From contig CM052816.1 in the NCBI GenBank assembly GCA_028534125.1, positions 95,730,001 to 95,794,000 of the forward strand: 64,000 nt of DNA, in the 5' to 3' direction. How positions within the stretch are numbered: the first letter of the stretch is position 1; each line of letters starts with the position of its first letter. The translations under genes were made by a program, and so were the position numbers. Below the pieces are notes generated by a model. That model saw only the letters and a list, made by a program, of their open reading frames with translations, searched no databases and had not been told where the DNA came from. Source of the stretch: Lama glama (taxonomy: Eukaryota). This document shows positions 1-13,149 of the stretch, one piece after another.

Positions 1-152
1 CAATAAAGATATATTGCACAGAACAGGAAAACATAGCCATTATTTTGTAATAACTTTAAATGGAGTATAATCTGTAAAAATGTCAAATCACTGTGTTGTA
101 GACCTGAAACTAACATAATATAAATCAACTATACATCAATTAAAAAAAGAAA
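1..152 (+). mobile_element. L1 3' end (artiodactyl-type)
   Basis: ..gacctgaaactaacataatataaatcaactatacatcaatt followed by an A tail. Confidence 0.85.
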
Positions 153-1059
153 CTTCTAGTGTGAAGACTTAAATTCAACATGACTCCAGCTAAATTTTGG
201 ACCAGGAATTGAAGTAATTTTTTTTTAAAAGAAGATTGAGATTTTTCCTTGAGCTTCCACTCCAGCCCTAGAGGTCTGACCCAGAGCATGAAACAGGACC
301 CCACATCTCCACCTGAGGGATGGACGGTGGGGAGTGACTGAAGAGAAAGGCAGTCATTTCTAGACTTTTAGATTTTGCAGATTTGTTTAAAGACAACCAC
401 AACAATAGTTTTCCTTGAGGAATCTAACGTTGCCAGTGTCTTACTTTGTCATATAGAATGTTGAAAATAGAACAAAGTGAAACTAGTATCACCTACTATC
501 TCTATAATTTCATAAAATAAAGTAGTAGGATGGGCATAATCTCAAAGTGATAACAATTCCTCCGAAGAAAAATAGTTGGCAAATTTATACCAACAAGGTA
601 AGAAAAATAAGAGATTATTTAAAATATAGAATGCAGAGAAAATGCATTATACAACTTTATGTTGTATATTTTACTTTTACAGTAATTTTGTCCATTTGAG
701 ACGATATATTTGATGCTGTGAAATAAAGGGACCCTTAATTACCCACTCATTCTGCATGGTGCTTTGCTTTGGTCACAGTTGCTGTTGAGAATTGGACTGG
801 TATAGAGTTTTGATAGTATTTTACGTATTTGGAATCTTCTGTACAATTGGAGAGGAAGTTAAAGACAGTCTCTTTTTTCCAGTGGCGTCTCTCACTCTCC
901 CTTTGCAGGGCAGGGAGAAGGCAGGCCAGATGCTTCGGGTTGCATGGTCTCCAAGGGGGCCAGTCTGGGGCCCCCAGGGTCCACCACAGACAAAGACAAT
1001 ACACCAGAGAGCAGCACCGGCGCCCAGGGAAGGATGGTCGGCAGGTGGGACGAGTCTGG

Positions 1060-1275
1060 TACAGCGGAGAGGGCCTGCGGCTCCTGATTCCAGGACCTCC
1101 GCTGGTTAGTGTCAGACTCAGGACGGCTTCCTTAACCTCTTGGGTTCTTTGTTTCCTTGTACGTAAAGTGAAAATCAGAGTAGTGCTACCTCATCGGGAT
1201 GCTGGATGGATTATCTGAGCAGTGATGTCTCTGAAGTTCTTAGGATCACTCTTGATGTGCCATAAACTCTCAAAA
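1060..1275 (+). mobile_element. MIR SINE
   Basis: MIR core cttaacctct..gtttccttgtacgtaaagtg..gtgctacctcat. Confidence 0.75.
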
Positions 1276-3479
1276 GATGGCTGCAGGCCATCTTTATTCC
1301 CAGGCCAGATCGTTATCTGACAGATTAGTGATCAATGGAATTAATGGATGACCCGACGATAACAGGACACTGGTGATTTTCAGGCTTAGACGTGCTGTTT
1401 CATCAAGTCAGTATGTTTGTACCCAACAGACAGTGTGATTATCATCTGCTGTCTGCATATATCATTTCCTCCAGCTTAATTAACAAATCATTTCTTCATG
1501 TGCTAGAATTAAACTATTTAATTAATCAACCCAAGTAATCTTTGATTAGTGGCCTAGGGTTGAGATAAATTTACAGGTGAAATTTAATTTCTGGACATAC
1601 TGGTATTTATCTGCATTCATGCATCATATTTCAATTTTAGATGGAAAATTCCAAAGTTGTCATGGGGCCTTGAAAAAGAATAAGTGTGAAGGCTGTTTGG
1701 AAATACTTAAATGAGTACCTAATTCCAGCCTACGTATTCTGCTACCCGGAGTGATGGGTGGATAGAGATTATAATAAGGGTTTTGATTTTTGAATTATTA
1801 TTATTTTTGTAGTGTCTTGAACAGCAGGCTTTTTCAAAGGGGAAAATTATGAAAATTAGAACCTGTGACCGTAGATATGATCCTCTCCTTGTTAGTGTGA
1901 ACCACTCAGGAGAAGTCAATCTCCAGTCCAGCTAGTGGTGACAGTCTAGAAAATGAACGGTTGAACCCGGGGTCGGAATTGCATTGCTGTGTCCATTTGC
2001 TTATTGCTCTGCCGTGAGCTCTCTGATCATGTGCAACCTTCCGGGAAAATTGCAGGAAATATTTTCTCTCTTATGTTTTTAAGACCACAATACTGTAAAA
2101 AGTGTTTATAAGCCTGGAAACAACAATAAAGGTACATTTGTTGACCTAGAGAAAAAGACTATATATTAGTATTTATATACATATATAACTTTATTATATA
2201 ATAAAATCTACACTTTTGAAGTCAGCAATGAGTCAAGATTATTTGCAATCACTTTATGCCCATTGATTTTCTTTTTCTGCCCTGAGCACATATCCGTGTT
2301 GCAGATTCACCCTGTGATCATTGTGTTTGCTAACAGTAGACTAATTACGACGCTCTGGTTGAATTGCCCATTTATTCTGTGGTGGTCAGGGAGCGTGTCC
2401 TGTACATACTAAAATGCTCAGTGGTAACTCGTGTAGCTACTTAGCCATAGAAAATGCTGGACAGTTGTTAAATCGAACAAATGCTACCATTTGACTGCCT
2501 GCCTTTGCGCACCATTTGGGGCAGAGGGAGAGTTTCAGGCAGCACCTCTTCACACATGAAGAGAGAAGAATCCTGGAGTGACATCTCTCCTGTAGATGCT
2601 ATGGGTCTTGGTGAGCACACGCCCGGAGGCCGAGGCTGAGCAGTAGGGGAGGCGCAGGAAGGATTCTCTGCCATTGCCCTGGTGAGCCTGGGCTGGGGTC
2701 CTGTCTGTGTCCAGGGATGCAGTGGGGCCAGGAAGAATGGACACTGTGGTGTGATTTAAGAGGTGCCAGAAAGTCATTCTTTCCTGTGAGTAGTGACTGT
2801 GACATTCATTATAGAAAGACATGACACTGATATGAATGCAGCCAACTTCTGAAACAGTCAACCTTGGAATGGATGTGGTGAGACAGGCCCTCCCCAAGTG
2901 CCTCTCCTCCGTCCACCCTGTAGTAGTCAAGAGTTACCTGGGGAAGAGATTTTGCCCCATCTATTGGGATCTTTGATTGGCTTTCTTATCCTTTCCCTCC
3001 TTTTGAGGTTTCCTCTGATAATCCTCCTTTTTGCTCTCATTCCCCTCCTAGAACTTGAACTTGGCCCTTGTCACTTGGTCTCGTGAAAGGAAGGGTGCAT
3101 AGCAGCTGCTCTCATCAGATCTAATGGAGACGGACTTGTCCAGAGCCTTAATGATTCAAACCCTACATTTTCCAGCAAAACTCTAGAAATGCTAGTTCTT
3201 TTCTTTCCTTAGATTCTCCTGGTAGTTCAGTTTTCAAATGAATGCTATTTTAAGAAATGAATACCCTACATTTTAAATTGCTTTAGTTCCTGTGACATTT
3301 TCTGTTGTGGTTTCTCATAGGCATTGTGACTTTGACGTGTCTCCCTCTCCCTGCAGTGTGCATGGCACCATATCATCCACTCTGCCTTTATGGAGAACAT
3401 CCACTGAGCTTTCAAAATGCAGCTGAAGCTTCCCCTCCTCTGTCTTCTGGGAGATCTGCTCACTTCCCCTTTTGAGGGC

Positions 3480-3665
3480 TCATCACAGGCCCTGACTTTG
3501 TTCTGTATTTACATGCATCATTCTTTATGGTGTTTATTTCTATGCCTACCATTATTTACTAGCTTATAAAGCCCCTGAAGATTGGGTCCATGTGTTCATC
3601 ATCTTCACTTCCCTACTGCCTAGGATAATGTATATAGTAGATGCTCAATAAAATCTTATTGTCTG
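3480..3665 (+). mobile_element. L2 3' end
   Basis: ..atagtagatgctcaataaaat L2 tail. Confidence 0.65.
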
Positions 3666-4299
3666 AACCCAGAAATTGAAAGGGTTGTGGATAGAGAGGA
3701 GACATACCATGTGAGAGCTAGGACTAATGAGACTGAAGGTGCAACCCTGTTTGTGAGAGGCAGGAAAAAAGTGGAAAGTGTAGGTGAAGAGGGGGTGCTT
3801 TGAGGCAAAGCCCTTGGTTTGTATTTTTCATAGGAATGTTGGAATCACTCAGCATCTGGGGTAACTGTGCTTTATCTGAGTGATAACTAGTCTGTTCAAC
3901 ATCCAGTTTTAACGTCTGGATGGAAGATCAAGGCCAAAGCTGTAATGTGTGAGTCCTCTGTGCACTGGAGGTGTTTGAAGCTGTAGGTGTGGATCAGAGT
4001 GACTGGGGAGAGGGAGCATCATGAGAAGAGAACCAGGATTCTGGAGTCATGTGTGGGCAAGTTTGTTAGAAGAAGAGAGTAAGAAGTAAACCTGGTGGCA
4101 AATGTTCTATAAAAAGAAAAGGCAGTCGTGTTTCCAGAAAGTTGGGTGGTCAACAATGACAGTGCTGTTGAAAGATCAAATGAGAGAACCAAAGACGCAC
4201 TGGGTAGAACAATGAATACATAACAAGTCAAGTAAGACAAAGAGCACCTTGAACTTAATCCGAATCTGACATCGTCATCTTCCCCAGCTCAGCTGGTCT

Positions 4300-4836
4300 G
4301 TGTCAAGAGGTCTCCAAGACCACTGCCAGGGTTTGGTGAGTCACTGCAGGCAAGCTCAGGATTCAGCGCATAGTCATTCTCATGGTTATGACTAATTATG
4401 GAGAAAAAGGATCCTCAGCAGCAGCAGCAAAGGAAAAGGCACATGGGGCAGAGTCTGTGGGAAGCCCAGTGCAAGCTTTCAAGAGTTCTCTCCCGGTGGA
4501 TTCACACAGGACGCACTTGGTGCCCCCAGCAATGACTTTGTGATAATAAGTATGAAATGTTGCCAACCAGAGAAGCTCATTAGAGCTTTAGTGCCCAGGG
4601 TTTTTCCTGGGGACTGATCACATTGGTGCCCCCGTCTGGCATGTACTCAAATTCCTGCCTCCCAGAAGGAAAACAGATGTTCAGCATAAATCAATAGTTA
4701 TTATAAAATGTGTAGGCACAGTGAGACACTCTTATCAGTTAATGGCAGGAACCCTTCTGAAATGAAGTCCTCAGACTCCAGCCAGGGCTCGCCTTGTACA
4801 GTAGTCAGACCGGCTATGTTAACTCTTCTCTGCACA
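4300..4836 (-). mobile_element. ERVL solo LTR, MER21/MER68/MER77 group
   Basis: Reverse complement begins TGTGCAGAGAAGAGTTAACATAGCCGGTCTGA. Confidence 0.75.
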
Positions 4837-5029
4837 GAGTCCTTTTCTAGAATCCCCTGTGTTAGTGAATGGTACCATCACCAATTCTATTAGGCAAGTC
4901 AGAAAGCATCATCCTAAGCCACTTTCTGCTTCTGGCTGACTGTGTGGTTTTAGTGATGGGGGATAATGAAAAAAGCTATAACACACATGCACACACACAC
5001 ATAGACATATGTTTGAAGGCTTTAAAGAG

Positions 5030-6060
5030 CTACAAAGACATTTTAGAAGCTAAGATAAAGAAAGCATAAAAACTAAAGAGAGGTGTTTGGCATCTGGGGC
5101 TGCTTTTGCCCACAAAGCAAGTGCAAAAATCAGAAACCAAATGTGGCATCTGAGAAGTTAAGATTCTGAGCAAAGCTTTTAGTAGTGTCACAAGGCTGGA
5201 GGGTCAAAAATGGTAACAAAGGGCCGATAAAGAAGAAGAAGCCCTGTAATGGCTCCAGGTTTTTGGTTGTTGCATTAAAGGCCTGCACCCTCAGAGTATG
5301 GCTGAACTGAAAACACACCATAACTCACAAAGGCTGAAAACCAACTTCCAACCAGTTGCATCCAAGACAAGAATAAGGTGATCTGCTAGAGAAACAGTTA
5401 AATACACGTGGGAGGGTGATAACTTTACCAAAGCCTTGAATTGTCTTTACAATTTTTCATACACAACATTTGGCACTCAATTATAAAAAGCCAAATATAC
5501 AAAAAGATAAGACTTGACCCCAAACTAGAGGAAAATAGATAACAAACATACCTATAGACAATTAAAAATTGGTGTTATTGTACATGAACACTAAACATCT
5601 ATAATTAAATATGTTCAAGAAATAAAATTGCAAGATGAAAAATTTCAGTAGAGAATTAGAAACCATAGAAAAGATTCAAATTGAAAACCTGTAATGGAAA
5701 AATAAAAATAAATAAAATTGAGATCTCAGTTGGTGGGCATAACATCGTATTAGAGTGAACTGGAAATAAGCTGTGGAATATATCCAGACTAAAGCTCAGA
5801 AGGATAAAAGATCAAATATCAAGAAAGAAAATAAGAGACACGTGGGACGTAAGGAAAAGATGTAGTTTTAGTTCCAGAAGAAGAGAAGAAAGAGAATGGA
5901 CGGAAACAATATTTGAAGAAATAATGGCCAAGAATTTCTTAAAACTTGAGAAAGACAGAAAGCTTCAAAATCAATGCCTATAAGCCCCAACAGAATAAAT
6001 ACAAAGAAAAATTATGCCTTAAACACGTCACTGTAATTTCTGAGTACCAAAGACAAAAGG
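5030..6060 (+). mobile_element. Old L1/HAL1 5'-ORF1 fragment
   Basis: A-rich, with aatatttgaagaaataatggccaagaatttc ORF1 motif. Confidence 0.75.
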
Positions 6061-6959
6061 AAATTCCGTCTTCCCACCCCCAGGAGAAATTGCCCTTAGT
6101 TCCTTTTATCGCAGTTTAATCTTGTGGGACCAGATGTCTTCAGTTGTGGGGGTTGTAAGAGTAAGGTTTAGGATAGAAACCCCCTGTTTGTTCTCAGCTT
6201 TAAGCCATTTTCTCTAATTGAGCTTTTCCTGGAGAACCTAGTCTTCTGGTTATTGGGGATTTGCTCAGCCTTAATTGAGTTCAGATCCTGGGCTCTATTT
6301 GGCTATCTATCCTTTGAGAACACTCTTCATCGGCCAGAACTTTTGAAGGGGAAGACGGCGTTCATGTTGGTCCTTACATACCAACATCACCATCAAAGTG
6401 ACACCAATACAAGTGATTACTGTTTATATGATCATCTTCGCATTTTGTTCTTATTTCTTGGGCTTCCACGTGTGAAGCCATGTGTTAGGAACAGAGAGTA
6501 CTGAGAGAACAATCTACTTTGAGTCAGGAAATATGGGTTTGGTCCCAGAACCAAGAAGAAAAAGTCAATGACCATCTCTGGGTCTCAGCTGCCCTCTGTG
6601 TGATATGAGAGTCTAGACTTGGTTAGCGACTCCTATTTCAGAATCTGGTTTGAGAGATAGTGTTTGGTTTGAAAATCACATTTTATATTATAGTGTGTTT
6701 TTATATTTAGGGGAAATCTGTTCATTGTTTCCATTGTATATTTTATCAAATATGAAGCTCTAAACTCTATTGACTGCTGTGGATGTACAGTAAAAAATTC
6801 TCTCAGGGCAGAGGTGGGTAGAGCTGGGAGTCACGGCAGCATCTTTCGAGGGGATGCACATCTTTTGTGCTCGTTCAGAGGTGATACGGTTTTTAAATAA
6901 AGAGAAAGATGGACTACGCAGCTGCTAAGATAGCTCCTGTCCTAACATAGCAGATTCTT

Positions 6960-9500
6960 GTTTATTTATTTGTTTTATTTTATTTTGGAAAGAACACTTA
7001 ACGTGAGATCTACCATCTTTAATTGTTAAGTCTACAGCATATCATCGTTGACTACAGGTACAATGTACGACAGATCTCTAGAGCTCATTCCTCTTGCTTA
7101 ACTGAAACTTGATGCCTGTTGATTAGTAATTCCCCATTTTCCCCACCTGCCAGCTCCTGGAAACCACCATTCCATTCTTTGATTCAATGAGCTTGACTAT
7201 TTGAGACACTACATATAAGGAGACTCATGCGATATGTGTCTTTCTATCATTGGCTTGTTTCACTTAGTGTAATATCCTCAAATTTCATCCACATTGCATA
7301 TTGTAGAATTTGTTTCTTTCTATTTTTAACTTTTTATTTTATTGAGTTATAGTCAGTTTACAATGTTGTGTCCATTTCCAGTGTAGAGCACAATGTTTCA
7401 GTCATACTTGAACATACATATATTCATTGTCGCATTCTTTCTCACTGCGCATAAACATAGAATACAAACTTGTGGTTGCCAAGGGGGAGGGGGTGGGAAG
7501 GGACAGACTGGGAGTTCAGAATTTGTAGATACTGACAGGCATATAAAGAATAGATAAACAGGATTATACTGTATAGCACAGGGAAATATATACAAGATAT
7601 TGTGGTAGCTCATGATAAAAAAGAATGCAACAATTCCTTCTTTTTAAATATATACAAGATTTTGTGGTAGCTCACAATGAAAAAATGTGACAATGAATAT
7701 ATGTATGTTCACGTATAATTGAAAAATTGTGCTCTACACTGGAATTTGACACAACATTGTAAAATAACTGTAACTCAATAAAAAAATGTTAAAAAAAGAT
7801 TCAGTAGTATTCCACTGTATGTATATACCGCAGTCTCTTTTTTTAAATCCATAATGCTTTACAATTTTAAAAAATTTCACACACATGATTTCATATAATC
7901 CCGTAATAACCCTTTTATTGCCCCTCCCTTTTCCCTCTCCCAACTGGTAACCAGTAGTTTGTTCTCTGTATCTGTGAGTCTGCTTTTTTTTCCTTTACCA
8001 CAGTCTCTTTATCTATTCATCTGTTGATGGACATTGAGGTGGTTTCCAGATCTTGGCTATAGTGAATAATGCTGCAGTGAATGTGGGAGTGCAGATACCT
8101 CTTTGGGATCTTTTTTTCTTGTAACTGAGCATAATTGACATATAACATTATAGCAGTTTCAGGTGTATGATATAATGATTCAACATTTGCATACATTGTG
8201 AAATGAGCACCATTATAAGTCTAATTAATGTCTGTCAGCATACATAGTTGTACAAAATTTTTTTCTTTTGATGAAGACTTCTAAGATTTACTCTCTTAGC
8301 AACATTCAAATATGCAGCTACTAACTATATTAACTGTAGTCACCATGCTGTACATTGCATCCCCAGGACTGATTTATTTCATAACAGGAAGTTTGTACCT
8401 TTTGACTCCTTTCGCCCATTTTGCCCCATCCGCCACCTCCTGCCTCTGGCAATCACCAACCTGTTCTCTGTGTCTGTGACCTTTGTTTTTTTGATTTGTT
8501 TGTTTTTGTTTTTAGATTCCCACCTAGAAGTGAGATCGTATGGTATTTGTCTTTCTCTGACTTACTTCACTTAGTATAATGCCCTCAGTTCTGTCCATGT
8601 TATCAGAGGTAGCCAGATTTCCTTCATTTTTATGGCTGAACAGTATTCCATTGTATAAATATACCACAACTGCTTTATCCAGCCACTCCTCAGTGGACAC
8701 TTAGGCTGATTCCATACCTTAGTTGCTGTAAATAATGCTGCAGTGACCATCGGGTGCGTATCTTTTCCTATTAGTATTTTCATTTTCTTCAGATAAATAC
8801 CCAGAAGTGAAATTGCTGGACCATATGGCAGTTCAATTTTTAATTTTTTGAGGAGTCTCCATATTGTTTTCTGTAGTGGTTATGCCAGTTTACAGTCCCA
8901 CAACAGTGCATGAGGGGTCTGTTTTCTCCTCATTCTCGACAACACTTGTTTTTTTTTGTCTTTTTGGTAGTAGCCATTCTAACAGGTTTGAGGTGATATC
9001 TCATTGTGTTTATTTTTAACATTTTTTTTATTGAGTTATAGTCATTTTACAATGTTGTGTCAAATTCCAGTGTAGAGCACAATTTTTCAGTCATACATGA
9101 ACATACATATATTCATTGTCACATTCTCTATCTCATTGTGGTTTTGATTTGCATTTTCCCAGTGGTTAGTGAAGTTGAGCATCTTTTCGAGTACCTGGTG
9201 GCCATCTATATGACTTCTTTGGAAAAATGTTTATACAGGTCCTCTGCCCATTTTTTAATGGAATTTTTTTTTGTTATTGAGTTGTATTGAGTTCTTTATA
9301 AATTTTGGATATTAAGCCCTTGTCAGATATATGGCTTGCAAATATTTTCTCCCACTTAGTAGGTTGCTTTTGACATCTTGATTTCAATTCATTTTGGTAA
9401 ATGCCCGGCAGTGGGATTGCAGGATTTTGTGTTAGTTCTATTTTTAATTTTCTGAGGAAACTGTATCCTGTTTCCCATAGTGGCTGCACCATTTTGCATT
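6960..9500 (-). mobile_element. Nested cluster of L1 3' fragments (old host plus several younger inserts)
   Basis: L1 3' UTR/ORF2 C-terminal motifs. TSDs taccRcagtctcttt (7826/7996) and tatctcattgtg (8997/9129). Confidence 0.9.
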
Positions 9501-11139
9501 CTGTGGATTCTTTATAAACCTCCTTATCACTTGGAACAGTGAGCTCAGTGACGAAATATATGCAAAGAGCTCTGCCGTCTGATGCATCGAAGGCGCTCCC
9601 TCAGAGTGGTTCCCTTCCTCCCCAGCTGTTTTTCTCCAGATGAGGCCGACAGAGCAAGCTGCCCACGGCCTAAAGGTTCTAGCTCTCTGCCTTGAGTCAG
9701 GCCTGGATCTAACTTCGAGTTTTTATAGCAACACAGGTTGGTCACAAAACACAAACCTTCTCTAGCTTTTAGCTGGAAATGGATGCGGCAAATTTAAGAC
9801 AGTGAGAAATGAGATGAAACACTGACTCATTTTTTAAACTTAACATTGCTTGTTTTTAGCAAGTAAAATGGACTTGAAGGAGGCCTATTTGCTTCTAATG
9901 GATTTGCCAGTCCCTCCTGGTAATCAGACTGCACGGGGCCTGCCTTCCTTTATCATCTGGTAGTCATTTTCGGAGCTAGTGAGACACCACGGGGGACTTG
10001 CCTTTGGCAGGCATTTCTCTGTTTGATTTGCACCATTTGTCCATATGCATTTTTATGCATGTGAGGAACGCGCATCACATCATCACCGAGCTTGATTCTT
10101 TCCATTACGCCTAAGTGTGCGTTAGCTTTGAGGTGAGGACCCCTCACGCCTGGCTGCCTTGGAACGTGGCCCAGTGAGTATTTTGCAGCAATGATCCAGG
10201 CTGCGCTAAGCCAGCGAAGGAGCTGAGGTAAGCACCGTCTCCCTGTGCAACCCCTCTGCTCTTAAGTTTAGGATGGAAAGAAAGAACCGCTGCATGAGAG
10301 TGCAGGGGGTGGGATGCTAGTGTGTCCACTGCTGCCTGCCCACTCGTTCTGACCCATTCTGTAGCCCCATTGGCCCCACCCATTCCTGAGAACAAATGCA
10401 TTCTATTGCTGGCTTGGAGTCTCATTTCCTTCCTCTGGTGCCACCTTGGTTCTTGAGCAAAGTTAGCCCCAGACAAAACTTTGAAACATATTCATTTTCC
10501 TCCCCACTGCCCACCCAAACAATTTCTTCCACCCTCTGTGAAGATAGCACATCATTGCATTGGCTAAATAAACTTCATTAGCAGCTACTATGTGCCTGGC
10601 ATTGCTCCAGAACATTGGTTTACCTCGATGATCCTAACAGACAAGGCCATTGCCCTCAGAGTGCTTATATTCTGACAGTGACACAGGCATGAATGCAGTG
10701 AGTCAAGAATTCGGATGACCAGAAGTGACAGTCAGTAAAGTAATGAGCAGTGTGGGCTGAGGTGAGCATAAGGGCGTGGTGGGGACTGTGGCCAACTGGA
10801 GAGGGAAAGTGCATCTGCTCTTCTGCCAACATGAGAGAATGTCAGCCCTTTTCATCTCAGAAAAGGCTGGAAATATGAATTTTTAATGCATAAAATCTCT
10901 TGTTTCTTAAGTGTTAGTGACTAGCTCAAAAGTTTTTAAAACATCATTCAATCCCCAGATCCAAAACCAGACAAACAACAAAACCAAAAAATCATCTTTG
11001 CCAGGTTCTATCCATTGCAGTCCAGTTTGTGACTTCTGTGCTATATGTTAAGCAATAAAAATGGGCCTTTTAATTTCAAGTGACCAATTGATAAAATAAC
11101 ATATTTCTCAAGAGGCAGCTGCTCAGGTCTGTCTCCTGC

Positions 11140-11494
11140 TGTAGGAGACATAAGTGACAAACGGCCTGCTTTATTTACCCCCCTTCTTATGAACTCCCAC
11201 ATTTACACCAAAGCCACCCTTTCTGCAGGCTGCAGCCAATGACTGACATGGCTGTATACTAAAGCAGGACACAGGACTCCTCCAGTGGGTGACTTTGGCT
11301 CAAGGATTGCCTGTAGACTTGGCTGAACCATTCTTCCTGCAGTCTGAGGTCCTTGCTCCCCAGTCTTCCTTCCTTCCCCCTCTCCTTCCTTAGCAACCTA
11401 CCTGCACTGTGGTCTCAAGCCTTTTCCCACCACCTCCTGCTCTCTCTCTTGACAAATCCCTTGCACATGGAATACTGAACAGACCCGAACTAAC
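11140..11494 (+). mobile_element. LTR16-like ERVL solo LTR
   Basis: TG..CA ends; cagccaatgactga..gtgactttggctcaagga..aaatcccttgcacat..aactaaca. Confidence 0.65.
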
Positions 11495-11958
11495 ATAAGG
11501 TACCAAAAGTTCTGATGAAAGGGAGCCGCCTTCCGAGTCCTGGTTTCTTAGCTTGTTATTTCCTATTGATTTTTTTCCTGGCTTGCTATCAGATGCCTTG
11601 GATAGTTTTAAAGGCACGCAGAGCTTGGGGATTTGAGCTGCAGGGCAAGGAGATAGGCTGGAATTTGAGCAGGTGGGGAAGGGAGTGGAGACTGGCACTG
11701 AAGGGTTCTGATGGTGCGAGGTGGCCCAGGCTACGAGGTTAGAGGAGGCAGGTCTGGACAGTGGGCTGCAGTGATGGGTGGTGTCTTTACACACACATGC
11801 ACGTACACACACTTTCATTTTGCATCTCTGGAAGTTCACAACCTGCCTAATAAGATAATAGACTTTGGGAACAAAACACAACAGGATGGTTGACTTCATA
11901 TTTTATAACAAAGCACATGGTACTTTAAGCTCCTTTATACTGATGTTTTCAATCCATT

Positions 11959-12364
11959 TTTATTTGTTCAGTTTTTCACTGAATCCTGGGAGAGGTAAGA
12001 AGGATCGTCCTTGCAGTGACAATTGTGACTCAGACTTAAATCCCCTCACTCAGCACTCCGGGGCCGTCGTCCAGGCGGTGTGAAGACTGTTGTCCATGCA
12101 TGTTTGTTGACAGTAGCTGGAGTAATGAATTCTGTTCTGTTGAAGAAATAACCAGTCACTGAGGTTTCTAATGGGCAGCTTTTATCTGGCCCCTCAGCTT
12201 TGCTTTGCCCACGAGTGTATGACTCGGTACAGAATTGCTTTAAAACTGAAACAACAGACACTCCCCAGTCGGTTCAGTTTTAACAGATGTACGTCTTGCA
12301 GGGAACAGAAAGCAATGATCAATAGGACCATGTAAGCAAAACCATCTGGGGCATTTCCATCAAC
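11959..12364 (-). pseudogene. Putative terminal fossil exon with stop and poly(A) signal
   Basis: Acceptor gtgc(T)n cAG|G. The phase-2 frame runs into ORF 12046-12261, ending TEFITPATVNKHAWTTVFTPPGRRPRSAE*; AATAAA lies ~80 nt downstream. Confidence 0.65.
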
Positions 12365-12786
12365 CTGAAAAAAAAGCACCCTAGAAAGAGTGCTGAATTT
12401 TCAGTTCTTAAATGAAGATGAACCCACTCTATGAGAAACAAAATGCAGTTTGTAAGTGAAATATGTCCACTGGCAGGCGGGAAGTTCTTGTGGTTCGTTT
12501 TCAATGCCTTAAGCTTTTTTTTCCCCCTAGGTACTAACCTCTCCCACCATTCTGCATCTTTGCTTGTATTTGATCTCCGCCTTGGCTTTCTTTGGTGGCT
12601 ATCTGGACCACGTGGGCAATTCCAGTCCCGGTTGGATAGCACTGGAGGTATATTTCAGGGGCCAAAGGGTGTGGCTGCCTTAAGACTCTGGGTGCTTAGT
12701 TTTTTGACTTTACAATAGTGTAAAAGTGATACTCTTTTAGTAGAAAGTATACTTTGAATTTTGATCTTTCCTGAGCAGTGATATGC

Positions 12787-13144
12787 CAGATGGTACTCTC
12801 CTGTGATGCTGGACGGTGGCAGCGGTCCACAGCTCCCAGTCAGCCCTGCCAGCACCAGAGTAAACAACTGATACATTTGCAACCATTCTGTACCCAGACA
12901 ACCGTTTTCAGTACAGTATCCAGTTACATGAGATATTAAACACTTTATAATAAAATAGGCTTTGTGTTAGGTGATGCTGTCCAACTGTGGGCTAATTATG
13001 TGTTCTGTGCACATTTGAGGTTGGCTAGGTTAAGCCATGACGTTTGGTACTTAAGGTGTATTAAATGCATTTTTGACTAATGATATTTTCAACTTATCAT
13101 AGGTTTATCAGGAAGTAACCCTGTTGTAAGTCGAGGAAGAACTG
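12787..13144. mobile_element. Tigger5/MER47-type DNA transposon fragment
   Basis: Terminal ..aatgcatttttgact..gtaaccctgttgtaagtcgaggaagaactg followed by TA. Confidence 0.75.
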
Positions 13145-13149
13145 TATAT

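Noticed and set aside
8571..9492. ORFs with L1 ORF2 C-terminal similarity
   Set aside because: Degenerate retrotransposon remnants, not host genes.
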